This document shows positions 36,736-49,137 of a stretch of 64,000 nt of DNA, piece after piece (positions within the stretch are counted from its first letter, which is position 1; every line of letters begins with the position of its first letter). The DNA comes from Felis catus (taxonomy: Eukaryota), in the NCBI RefSeq assembly GCF_018350175.1, contig NC_058368.1:100256001-100320000 (forward strand). The letters run 5' to 3'. The notes under the pieces were generated by a model, which saw nothing but the letters and a program-made list of their open reading frames with translations, ran no database searches and was not told where the DNA came from. A program made the translations under genes and the position numbers.

Positions 36736-37304
36736 CAAAACAGATTACTATTATGTTTATAGCTTAAGTCAAAAAAAAACATGGGGTGAAGGAGCGAGTT
36801 TCCTCGCCAAGCCAAAAGCTATTCATAGACTTACATCTGATTACTACAGTTTTGGAAAGGAGTTGGCTCTTTTAATATATTCTTCATTGGGGATTACACA
36901 TTTTTCTGGACCAAAATCATAATCGGATCCAAAAGATTTCTAATACTTTGTATATTGTTAATAAAATTTAACAGTAAAAGGGAAACAAAAGAGAGAAAAG
37001 GAGACAACTTTTTAGTTTCCAAAGCAGAGAGAAAAAATTATGTATTATTCCTAAATCACTGTGTTGTCATGCAAACTTCCCTGGGACACCACCCTAAGAA
37101 GTCCCTTAGAAGACTTAGATCCTCCTGATTCTGATTCTTGGGGAGCTGAAGCAGGCATGGGGCACTGCAAGGGCTCACTTTGCAGAATTCAATGTTAAGA
37201 AGGGACTAGGAATGTGCTTACATGAGAAAAGAGAATTTGAAGCAAGACATTTTTAGCAGGCATCCATGTGTACATGAGGATTCACACGTGCACACACACG
37301 TATA

Positions 37305-37342
<38 letters not shown>

Positions 37343-37345
37343 ACA
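37305..37345. repeat. Compound (TC)n(AC)n microsatellite
   Basis: Visible tandem dinucleotides. Confidence 0.95.
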
Positions 37346-38237
37346 TCTAGAAAGGCAACTCTGTGGAGAAAATGGTGTAATTCTCAGAATTCATTCTGGT
37401 GCTTGGGAACTAGATGGGAATGATGACTATTACTTTCCTTTTGAGCCTAGGGCAGGGTGAGGTACTACGATGTTTGGTATTTTCCGCCAGTTGGCCACAA
37501 TTTGGGTGGGTGGGAAAATAAACTTCCTTCCCGTTCTCCTCCCTATTCCCCTGCCACGGGTTAAGTTTTAACATAATGCCGTAAGGAATATTATCATTCA
37601 AAAAAATAAGAAAGGAATCAAGCTACGTAATTGCTTAATCAATATAGGACAGATTTCCTCTGTCAAAGTGGAGTGGAGCGTTATCTTCCAGTGGATTTGT
37701 TTTCCTGTTGTTTGTACTAGAGAAAGACTGACTGCATTTCCCTCTTTTGCATTTTCATGATAAGTAGGCGCGAAATCTAAAATACAATGGTTGTGCAGTC
37801 CCTGAAGTGTGTGAAGTCAAGGCAAGCAAGAGTGGGTCATTTATACTAACAATTTTCAGTTTTGAAACAGTCTCTCTGTTGTCATTGCAGGTAAAGAGAT
37901 AAAGTTGTTCGTAAGAAGTTTAAGTTTTAAAATGTGTGTCCTCACACAATTATTGCAGTTACTAATCCCTTGGTTTCATTTTTAGCAATGCAATGGGTAT
38001 TTCTCTGGACCACCAACTTAAAGGTACAAGCATGGCCCAAGTCAATGTTACAGTGATTTGTGTACCAACCCTTGTAGGTTTAGAACAAGAAAGGTGACAG
38101 TAAGCACTTACAAACTAAAATTCCGATTGTACATTTATTTCCTCATTTCCCAAAATGAGACGAAGTAACTATGCTTCAAGTGAAAATTGATACTTTGAAA
38201 GCCATAGGTTTAAACATACTGCTTAAAATTACAACTA

Positions 38238-38376
38238 GGGGCGCCTGGGTGGCTCAGTTTGTTCATGATCTCAAGCCTAGTGAGTTTGAGCCCCATACAG
38301 GACTCTGTGCTGACAGCTTGGAGCCTGGAGCCTGTTTCGGACTCCCTCACTTTCTCTGCCCCTTCCTAGCTTGCTC

Positions 38377-38414
<38 letters not shown>

Positions 38415-38452
38415 ATATAAATAAAAAAAACAGTAAAAATAAATAAATGAAT
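38238..38452 (+). mobile_element. Can-SINE with deletion in the tRNA-like head
   Basis: ggctcagtttgttcatgatctc lacks ~25 nt; TSD aaaatta(c/t)aacta. Confidence 0.94.
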
Positions 38453-38772
38453 AAAATTATAACTACAATTGCTATTTGAACTTCAAATAGTCTATTTTTT
38501 TTCAAATGGTATAGTAACAGATAGCAAGGAAAAACACATGATGTTAAATGTAGAAAAGAACATTCATATGACAAGAACTTTAATATATTGGCTTGCCAAT
38601 AAAATAAACACCATAATGATCTACTAAATACACAAAATGGCAGCTGGAAACTTCATACTAATATCAAGCAGAGGGCTGTTTGGGCTGCAAGCCTTTTATC
38701 ACTTAATGATGCAGGTTAAAACCTACAGAACAGTTATAATTATTTCATATTCCTTATGAGGAAAAATATGAT

Positions 38773-39015
38773 GGGGCACCTGGGTGGTTCAGTCGGTTGA
38801 GCGACCGACTTCAGCTCAGGTCATGATCTCGCGGTCCGTGAGTTTGAACCCCGTGTCAGGCTCTGGGCTGATGGCTCAGAGGCTCTGGGCTGATGGCTCA
38901 GAGCCTGGAGCCTGCTTCGGATTCTGTGTCTCCCTCTCTCTCTGCCCCTCCCCTGCTCACTCTCTGTCTCTCTCTCTCAAAAATAAATAAACATTAAAAT
39001 TTTTTAAAAATGAAT
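38773..39015 (+). mobile_element. Can-SINE with a 22-bp internal tandem duplication
   Basis: ggctctgggctgatggctcaga twice (38859-38902). Confidence 0.96.
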
Positions 39016-39326
39016 AAAATACACAATTACAGAAGATAAAAGATACATTTACAGAAACATAACACTAGTGGAAAGTGACCCCTCTCTTTCTTTATTGACC
39101 AAAAAGAGAAAACAGTAATTAGCAGAGACACATTTGTTAAATACTCAATTTTAAAAATAATAAAATGTATATTTTTAAGGACCTATAGATACTCATATAT
39201 TTATCATTTTTTGAAACAGAAAACCTGGTAAGTTCCCCCAAGTAGAAATACTATAGGTAACATTCTCTGACCAAAATGCATTCAATGCTAGAACCAATTA
39301 AGAAAATTAGAAACAAAACAAAAACT

Positions 39327-39549
39327 GGGGCATGTGGGTGGCTCACTTGGTTGAGCTTCTGACTCTTGATTTCAGCTCAGGTCATGATCACAGAGTCACA
39401 GGATCCAGCTCCAAGTCAGGCTCTTTGCTGAGCATGGAGTCTGCTTGGGATTCTCTCTCTCTCTCCCTCTCCCTCTCTCCCTCCCCCTTCTCCCTCCCTC
39501 CCTCCTTCTGCCCCTCTCCCCCACTCTCTCTCCAAAATATCAAAATTAA
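39327..39549 (+). mobile_element. Can-SINE
   Basis: TSD aaacaaaacaaaaact. Confidence 0.94.
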
Positions 39550-40647
39550 AAACAAAACAAAAACTATTAAATAATTCTCAGGTTGATGAATCAATAAAAT
39601 CACAATTGTCAGTATGTAAAAAACACTAGTGAGACAAAAATATTTAACGTGTATACATTTATATTACTCAGAAAAAAATGGAAGTAAGTGAATAAGGTGC
39701 CATTTGTTAAGTGAGGACAGTGAAAACCAAAATAAACGTTAGGAAAACAGAAGGAAGGAATTTTTTAAAATGAGGAAAAATGCAGAAAGAGAAAAGGGAT
39801 AGACTTGGTTCTGTGGGGAGGAAAAACATCAAAGACAACTAAATAAATAAATCATTTACCAACACTGCACATGGGCTAGAACAGAAAGGAGAGGAAAGAA
39901 ACACAGGTTCGTAAAATAAGCAATGAAAAGGGAAAATGACCGCAGATGATGAGAAAATCATCATATGAAAATACTTTGCACAACACTATACCCATAACTT
40001 TTAAAGCTTGGATTTTTTTTTTTTTCAAGAAGAAATAAATAGACCTCAAATTGTGGGAGAAATTGGGAATGTTGTCAAAATTTCCCAAAAAGCTTCTGAC
40101 ACAGAAGGAGTCTTTGGTCATTTTTTTGTTTCATTCTTCCAAGAAACAGATTACTCCAATATGATTTAAATTTGTTCCAGAGCAACACAAAACAAGGAAT
40201 TCTCTGCAAATTCCTTTATGACACCAGCACATGGATGTGATAGTAACATCTAACAGATTCTCTCTCCCTCTCCCCCTCCCCTTCTTTCTTCCTCATAAGA
40301 ATCCTTAATCTTATATTAGCAGAAAGAATTTAGAAGTACCTTAAAAGAATAATACAATGTAACCAAGTGGGCTTAACTCCAAGAAGGTATACAGTTGATT
40401 TCTTGCAATAAGGCAGGTCATTGCAGATGCTAAAAGGTATCTGATTAAATTGAGGACCCATTCCTGACTTAATGAAAATTTTATTAAATTATTTAATTTT
40501 CATTATTTTAATTAATTTACTAGTTAAAAATAAAATAAATCTTTGAGCTCCCCCAAATTATAAATAAAATATTCTTATCATGGTAATAATCCAAGTTTGG
40601 CAAAAGAAAAGATACTATGAAGAAAGTGGTTTTCAAAAAGTCATAAA

Positions 40648-40868
40648 GGGGCTCCTGGGTGGCTCAGTCGGTTGAGCATCCGACTTCAGCTCAGGTCACG
40701 ATCTTGCAGTCCGTGAGTTCGAGCCCTGCGTCAGGCTCTGGGCTAATGGCCCAGAGCCTGGAGCCTGCTTCCGATTCTGTGTCTCCCTCTCTCTCTGCCC
40801 CTCCCCCGTTCATGCTCTGTCTCTCTCTGTCCCAAAAATAAATAAATGTTAAAAAGAAAAAAATTTTA
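40648..40868 (+). mobile_element. Can-SINE
   Basis: TSD aaaaagtcataaa. Confidence 0.96.
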
Positions 40869-41260
40869 AAAAAGTCATAAAAACATCAAAAGAAAATAAA
40901 ATGGGCATGAATAAACTGATTACGAAATATTCTACAAGCATGTAAAAGAAAAGTGAACCGTTCTACTAAAGGGTATTAAATATACTTTAATAAATAAAAA
41001 TACAGGCCATGTTTTTGTTTAAGAAAAAATATTTTAAGGGTATTCATTGATTCACTTTCTTCCAAATAATCTATGATATCCGTGTATTTTTTGTTCAATA
41101 TTGAAGAAATGTTTTTTTAGGAACTTGTCACTTTTTTAAACTTAATTTTAAAAAATAGATAAGGCTCAGAAAATTTTGAAGGATTAAGAAAAGAACTATA
41201 AGAATGTATATCCTACTTATTAATGTATTAACATCGATAAATTAAAATACCTAAAACAGA

Positions 41261-41436
41261 GGGGCACCTGGGTGGCTTAGCCAGTTAAGCATCCAACTCT
41301 TGGCTTTGGCTCTGGTCATGATCTCATGATTAGTGAGATCTAGCCCAGAGTCAGCCTCTGTGCTGACAGGGAAGAAACTCCTTCGGATTCTCTCTCTGCC
41401 TCTCTTTCTCTCAAAAAAATAAACTTTAAAAAACAC
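41261..41436 (+). mobile_element. Can-SINE
   Basis: TSD aata(c/t)ctaaaacaga. Confidence 0.94.
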
Positions 41437-42595
41437 AATATCTAAAACAGAAGTGCTACAAGAGGCACAGAAGGAGTCTGAATTGAAACATAATAAAGTA
41501 GCCAGAAATAGACCGAAGGATATGTGATAGTAAAGTATTTGATAAGAATGGCATTTCACATTGGTGAGAAGATGAACAAAATTTCCAACAAGTAACACTG
41601 GAATGACTGGCTAATTTGGGCGGAAAAACAGCTGTATTCCTAATGAGAAAATAAGTTCTAGATGAATCAAAGTTTTGAATGTATACATAAAGTAAAAAAA
41701 GATAAGGAAAGAAAGGAATAATACGTAAAATACTAGAAGAAAATGTGGTAAGGATGAATAATTTTATAATCTTAGAATAAGAAAATCTTTCTAAGGAAGA
41801 TAAGTAACTTAGGATCCGTAATTATATTTTGGTAAGTTTGAATGCATTATACTTTAAAGTTTCTGTACCATGAAGTAAGCTTTGAAAGTAAATCGAAAAA
41901 TACAAGCCAGGAAATATATGAGAAAGAGTTAATACACATGATATATAAAGAGTTCTAGCGTATCAATAAAACAACCACTCCAACAGAAACAGTAGTAAAA
42001 ATAAATAAATAACAAAACTGGTGTTTTACAAAAGGAGAAATATAAAAACTGGTAAATGTGGAAAATAGTCACTCTCACTAATAGACAAATGGAAAAGAAA
42101 TTATACATATTATTTTTTACTCATGAAATTAGCAGATGTTTATATGACTATAGGGAACACTGAAATGTTCACGTCTAATTGGTGGGAATGTAATTCTATA
42201 GATTTCTGGAATGTAGAGTGGGTGTATAATGTCTTAAATTAGATACCTTTGGCCTAAAAATTCTACTTCTAAACTTTTTTCCCCAAGGAGATCATTGTAT
42301 AGGTTAAATTTATATATATATATTTTTTTCTTTAATGTGTTAAACAATCTATAGCTGTCCCACAGTATGAAACTGATTCAACAAATTAATGTAAAAATTA
42401 TAGAACATTATATATCCAATAAAACAATTATACATATCTGAATATAATTACCCAGAAAGATGTTCATAATATATATTTTGGTTGAGAAAATCAGGTTGAA
42501 AATACAAGGTGGAGAATCAACTTAGTATGAAATTATATATAATAAAATCCACCTTTGTAGATGTACCCATAGAAACACACAAACTTTTACAATCA

Positions 42596-43240
42596 TGTAT
42601 CACTTATAGTTCCATTAAATATAAGTGATAGAAACTCAGGCCAAACCAACTTGAACAGAAGGAGAATTTTTGGGCTCAGCCAAAAAGTACAGCGTTCTGG
42701 TTTGATTTGAGGCAAATCTTTTTCAAGGCTTGAAACAAGGTTGTCAGGAAGAGCCAGCTTTTCTCTGTTTCCAAGTTTCTGCCCTACTTCCTTTCTGGTG
42801 GATCTGTTTTCAGAACAGTGTCTCCCCTCATGGTGACAAAATGGCTGCCACCGCTTTTGCAACTCCTTCCCACTTCAGTACTAACATGAAAGAGAAAGTC
42901 TTTTCCTGATTACCTAATTGAAAGCTCTAGGTACATTGAGCCTGGTTACCTAAGTTGGGACATGTGCACACACCCAAATCAACACTGTTACCTGGAAGGT
43001 AACACAGTGTGCTGTGTCTCATGTTCTACCATATATGCACGTGTATATTCATATAGCCATATATTCATATATCATAAACCTATAGCATGTTACTTGAGCA
43101 TTGGGTGAGGCGGGGGGGGGGGGGGGGGGGGGGGAGGAGAGGAGAGGGGAGTGTCCCTGAATAAAATTGGTGGTAAGATTACCTGGAAAAGGATAGGTGG
43201 ATGTTGAATCACTAAAAGAGCAAAGAAAGTTTGTCTCTTC
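42596..43240 (-). mobile_element. Old MLT1 (J/K-like) MaLR LTR
   Basis: tgtatcactt...aagtgatagaaactcaggccaaaccaacttg...tggtgacaaaatggctgcc. Confidence 0.7.
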
Positions 43241-43509
43241 ATGATGATGTTTTTGGACATTTTTTTTTCTGCCTACTTTTGTATATTATTTGAGAATTTA
43301 CCAATTTTTAATTAGCACTACAATGAAAAACTATTATCATGCAGCATTGTTATATTTAGACACAGAAGTCTTTTTTCAACGTAAAATAAAATATGTAGAT
43401 ATTTCTATAAGTCATGCTGTTTTTGCTCTTTTGCATCTCTGCCTTGTCTTTCCCTCACTTAGTTTTGTTTCCTATAAACCTCTTGCTATTATTTCTTTCT
43501 GTTACCATT

Positions 43510-43702
43510 TTTTCTTTTTAAAGGAGAGCACACTTGAGTGCATGCAGGTGGGGGAGAGGCACAGAGAGGGAGAGAGAGAATCTTAAACAGGCTTCCAGCC
43601 CAGCCTAGAGCCCAATGGGGGATTTGATCCTACAACCATGACATCATGACCTGAGCTGAAATCAAGAGTCAGACCCGTAACCAACTGAGTACCCAGGCAT
43701 CC
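43510..43702 (-). mobile_element. Can-SINE (older type)
   Basis: gagaatcttaaacaggct...catgacctgagctgaaatcaagagtc. Confidence 0.93.
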
Positions 43703-44014
43703 ACTGTTAACCTTTCCATTGCTGTGTTCCAAGCTTCCAAGGTCACAGCCAAAAAGAAAAAAAAAAAAATCTGCACAAAACATAAAGCTCTTTACCCTAG
43801 GAAGTACTTCAGAGAAAGAAGCAGAAAAGTGAAGAAGTAGGTGGTGGTCCCAGAATGTTTAAAGGCAGCATTCGGGGGCTCATTTTGAATTTATGTTTGC
43901 ATAGCAGACATAATTTTCTGCTTTGCTTGGAGATTCATGGGTGGCTGGTTGCTGGAGGGAAGGATGGCTTTCCAAAGCCTAGTTGATGCTGCCTTTTGTG
44001 AATCGTTAATTTAC

Positions 44015-44177
44015 ATCGGTGCCTCAGATACCTTCGTGTGCACCTGAGTCACAGAAGGATCTGCTAAACTGCAGATTCTGACCCAGTATGTCTAAGTGGA
44101 GACCCAAGATTCTTCACTTCTCACAAGCTCCCAAGGGATGTTAATGCAACAAGACTATGGGCCAGACTTTGAAAAGG
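44015..44177. mobile_element. MER5-like hAT MITE
   Basis: gcagattctgacccagtatgtct...acaagctcccaagggatgttaatgc...ccagactttga. Confidence 0.75.
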
Positions 44178-44393
44178 AAAGTTTGGATGACATTTTCCTA
44201 TCTGTGAAGTAAAAACCCAAGCCAGCTATATTCTGCATGTTTTTATTAAAATTAATAATATATTACAATATATATTTTTAACTATTCCAGGTTTATTTGT
44301 ATATGCTGGTATTTTTCTATTTAGGGTTAATTTTTTTTAAAATCACCAAAATTTGATTCTCTGTTACCTCATTTTAAAAGAAGGCAAATACTA

Positions 44394-44604
44394 GGGGCAC
44401 CTGGGTGGCGCAGTCGGTTAAGCGTCCGACTTCAGCCAGGTCACGATCTCGCGGTCCGTGAGTTCGAGCCCCCCGTCGGGCTCTGGGCTGATGGCTCAGA
44501 GCCTGGAGCCTGTTTCCGATTCTGTGTCTCTCTCTCTCTGCCCCTCCCCTGTTCATCCTCTGTCTCTCTCTGTCCCAAAAATAAATAAACGTTGAAAAAA
44601 AAAA
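44394..44604 (+). mobile_element. Can-SINE, young feline type
   Basis: Perfect TSD ttaaaagaaggcaaatact (44374-44392 / 44605-44623). Confidence 0.97.
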
Positions 44605-44794
44605 TTAAAAGAAGGCAAATACTTCGATTCTCTCCCCCAGTCTCTAATATAAAATCCCAGGTCTGTTTTTACATGTATTCCATAAGGAAAAAGAAATGCC
44701 TTCTCACCATCTTAAATACTATTTTTCTTGTTCTGGAACCAAAGATTACTCACTTCAACTTCGAGTTACACTGGGGTTATGGAAAATCCCTTAT

Positions 44795-45006
44795 TATTTT
44801 TTTAATGTTTATTTGTTTTTGAGAGAGACAGAGACAGAATGAGAGTGGGTTAGGGGTAGAGAGAGAGGGAGACACAGAATCCAAAGCAGGCTCCAGGCTC
44901 TGAGATGTCAGTACAGAGCCCGACATGGGGCTTGAACTCCCGAACCATGAGATCATGACCTGAGCCAAAGTCAGACACTCAACCGACTGAGCCACCCAGG
45001 CGCCCC
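44795..45006 (-). mobile_element. Can-SINE
   Basis: Full body in reverse orientation. Confidence 0.96.
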
Positions 45007-45139
45007 AGGAACATACTTTATTGTTTGAGATTTCAACAATGTGCTCCAACAAGAACAAACTGAAGAACTTGCTTTATTGCTTCGAACCAGAGGAAGGAGC
45101 AAGGTGCAAAGAACTTCTCTTGAAGAAAAAGTATTTTAC

Positions 45140-45346
45140 TTTATTTATTTATTTTGAGAGAGAGGGAGGGAGGGAGGGAGAGAAATCTATCGGGGGAGAG
45201 GAGCAGAGGGAGAAAGAGAGAGAGAATCTCAAGCAGAGTCCATACTCAGTGCAGAGCCTGGCACGGGCTTCAATCCCACAACCCTGGGATCATGACCTGA
45301 ACTGAAATCAGGAGTCATGCTGAACTGACTGAGCCACCCAGGCGCC
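45140..45346 (-). mobile_element. Can-SINE (older type)
   Basis: gggatcatgacctgaactgaaatcagg...gagccacccaggcgccc. Confidence 0.93.
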
Positions 45347-45672
45347 CACGTTTAAAACTTAGATTTCCCCCTTGTGCAAAATGGTGACTCCTCTTCCTCA
45401 CTGTGAAACCGTGTGACCTTGGGCAGCAGACATAGCCTAGACCTACTTTTCAACGCCAATAGCAACTGAAAGCCCAAGCCATTTAATCTGTCAGAGGCAA
45501 ATGAATTCACTTTGGATTACAAACATTTTTAATGATTTTTAATGATGTTTATGTTTTTAAATTTCACATACCCTCTCCAACTCCAGGCCCTTTGCCAGTC
45601 CCTCTTGGCTCTGCTAAGATTGATGGAATCTGGGAATCAAGGTCAAGGACAGGGGTCTTCTTTGTTCAAAAG

Positions 45673-45674
<2 letters not shown>

Positions 45675-45718
<44 letters not shown>
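45675..45718. repeat. (GT)n microsatellite
   Basis: About 22 GT units. Confidence 0.98.
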
Positions 45719-45722
<4 letters not shown>

Positions 45723-48444
45723 CAGAAACACCACTTTCCATACCTCCATTGGTTTGTATGCCTTTCTTTCAGCTTGCTCCAGGAGCCAAATTTGCTTTTG
45801 GCAACTCCAGTAGAAAATTCCAAAATGGTAGCTGTGTGAGAATTTTAACTTACGTTTAAGCGTCTCACTTGCCTTGAGTTCCTGTGCCTCTTTTTGAATA
45901 TGGCCTCCCTGGTGGGTGGGCCATGTTGTTATCTCCTTTGGGCCCCCTTGCTGCTATCTTGACTGCATATACAGCTAACTTATCTTTTGGAAGCTTAACT
46001 GGACTTTATCGTCTGTACTCAGCACCTACAACTACCTATGTTCTTCTCTGGCTCCTTGAAGACCACTGGTTCCGTATTTTTCACATTCTTACTTCTTTAG
46101 CTATGCCTCTGTGACAGTTACTGGCACTTGCTAAGAAGATAGAGTGATACAGTAACATAGAAATTTATAGCAACACAAATCATGTTGATGGGGTACCGTA
46201 TGACCACAACCTACATTTATTTTGGCCAGAGACATACAGTTTTGGTAACCCCAAACATCTCCTCTTTAAAGCCTTCTTACATAGTAAACAACTTCTTTTT
46301 TTTTTAATGTAAAATCATGACACTTGTTTGATAACGGATAGTAGGTTGAGGTTGGCCATTGGTACACACAGCAAAAATCCTAACATGCTGGTTTAGCATT
46401 CAGCCTTGCTGACCTGATGACAGGAACAGGGCTGGCCACAATATTCTCCTGAGGCTTGCAGATCCCTTCACACTCCTTTGTCCAGGCCTCAGGCACCTTG
46501 GTGACCCTACCGGAGTTACAGAGTTAATGTCTCTAGCATTGTATACAGACAGAAAAACAAGTCTGGCGTATGGATATGACTAAGTTTTAAATGCATAGGA
46601 AGAAAATTATGTTTTAAGTTTTCACTGATCTTGGGGTACAAAACTTAAGCTTTGGGAGAAAACCAAAAAATTCAAGTATGTTTTGAATAATCATTTATTC
46701 TAGAGCATCTGGCAAACATGAACTTGGAAGTCTGGGAGAACCTCCATGTGAACAATGGCCACTTTCCAAAGAACAATAAGGGACATATATTTTAAAAGCA
46801 TCAACAGAAAAGCACGAACCACAATCGTCTGCAACACGAGTAATGAGTGCAGGAATTGTAAAGGACGGTGATAATAAGTGGAAGGTTATGCCTTTAAGTC
46901 TTGCCAGTGAAACCCAATTTAATGAAATGAGGCTTTAATTATAAAGCCAAAGATGACTTTCTCTTCTATTTTTAATTTTATGGATGAGAAGCCGCAGAAA
47001 TATGAAAGAACCAAATAAAGGCATCAAGTAAGAATAACGTCAACTCCTTTTCTTACCCTGGTTGGTGGGGGGTTGGGGAGTTTGGCAAGCAATAGATAAA
47101 TAGAAACAAACTGCAAGTTGTCGGCTTTGCCTTACGTGGCAAAATGCACCACGAAGACACAACTGAACGAGTCTGAGTTGATAAACATGGAGGCAATTAC
47201 TGCTCTTACTTCTTGGCTTATAAAGCACATCTTGCTTAATAGAAGGTGTTGTGCTGGAAAGCAGAAAGCCCATTACAACCCCCAAGCAGAGATTCCGAGA
47301 GTTGAAGTCTTGCACAGAGTATTTGCAGTTACTCCAGGGAAGAAAACATCCTACAGAGAGCTATGTGCACGACAGACTTGCACTAAATAGGAGTCTCATT
47401 CCACGTGCCAGGGTGGCAATCCTATGTCGAACCTAAATAACGATTTCTGGCTAAAGCACTAAAGCAAATCAAAATATTTAAAAATCAAATGTAGTGTTAT
47501 TCTTATTTATTTTAAAAGTGTTTGGGGGGTGAAGGATAGGAAGGGATGGGGGGAGGAAGCGGGAAAAGAATTGCACATACAAATGCCACGACAGTTAAGG
47601 GAAAACGGGTCAACTTAATGCAGAGCAACTCAGTGGGAGGTCTATATCGTATTTTTTACTTTTTGCAATAAACCCCAAATTGTATTGGTCTTCTTGGGTT
47701 TTTTTTCTAGACTGGCAACTTTATGCGGCTGTGTTCATCTATACCCAGTCTGAGTGGGCATACACACAAACCCCAGAAGTTTTTTTAAAAAAATGTGTCT
47801 GTCTCCAGAACATTTTAAGGCTAATTTATTTTACTTTACATCATCATTAAGGAAGATTAGTTAAACAGAGGCCCAGTCAACTTTTTGACTGTCCTACCCT
47901 GGGACTAAAATTAGCAACTAAGCCCTTGAATTTAAACCATTCCGAGTTTTGGATCCATTCGTATTAACCTTTCTACCAGTTTTCCTGTTCGGTTTAATCT
48001 GATAGCCCCAAGAGATGGGTTCTGAAGGAGTGCCTGAGCTATTGGGGAAGGAAGTGGTTAAGAAGGAAGAAGTACATTTCTTGGCAGAGTGTCTGAGAAT
48101 GCAATGACTTTGCTCGGGGCTGGAACAGATAATGCCTAAATATCACTATCTCTAAAAATACAGTGTAGGGTTGTCAAAAGGCTGACCAGCTCTCAAATAC
48201 CTGATAGTCCCACCCGTAATTTTATTCCACAATAATACATTTGTTCACTAAACTTTTGGGGGAGAGAGGAGACCTATCATGCGCAGAGTTTTGTGTTTCA
48301 TATTCATATCTGTTTGGAGTAGGGCTAAGATCATGGGCTCTGATTTCAAGAGACTCACCTCAGTTTCCAGGCGATGTCAAGAGTGTAAATGGAAGCTCCC
48401 TACCATCTGTGTAAATATTTTAAATCCCTAAGTTAAAATTTTAA

Positions 48445-49106
48445 ACTTTTTGGAGGAATCGTTGACATAGAAAAATTGTGTGTATTTAAAACATACAACT
48501 TCATGTTTTGATATATATACACGTTCTGAAAAGATCATCACAATCAAGCTGAATAACTTAGCCATGGTCTTTCCATACTTACCACTGTGTGTGTATGTGT
48601 GTGTGTGTTAAGAATATTCAGATGAGGATCCAGCCTTCCAGGATTACCAGTAATAATAGGTATTGTTAACTATCGTCCTCACCATGCTGTACATTATATC
48701 TCCAGAACCCATTCGTCTTGCAAAACTGAAACTGTGGACCCTTTAAACATCTCTTCATTTCACCCTCTCTCTCTCCACCCCTGGAAACTGCCATTCTACT
48801 CCCTACATCTATGAGTTTGACTACTTTGGATTTCACATTTAAGTGAGACAGGTAGTATTTGTCTTTTTGTGTCTCCTATATTTCACTTAGCATAACGTCC
48901 TCCAGGTGTCTTCTTTCTTAAGGCTGAAGAATATTATTAATTTCCTTTATGCATAGCTCATTGTTAGTATATAGAAATGCCACCAGGGTGCATGGGTGGT
49001 TCAGTCGGTTGAGCGCCCAGCTCTTGATTTCAGCTCAGGTCATGATCTCTCAGTTAGTGAGATCAAGCTCTGTGCTGACAGTGTGGAGCCTACTTGGGAT
49101 TCTCTG

Positions 49107-49137
<31 letters not shown>

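Larger units (their letters stand above)
39050..42580 (+). mobile_element. Old L1 (ORF2 to 3' UTR relic), interrupted by three SINEs
   Basis: A-rich; acattctctgacca, aaattcctttatga, aaatactagaagaaaatgtgg and ggtgggaatgtaa motifs occur in L1 order. Confidence 0.8.
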
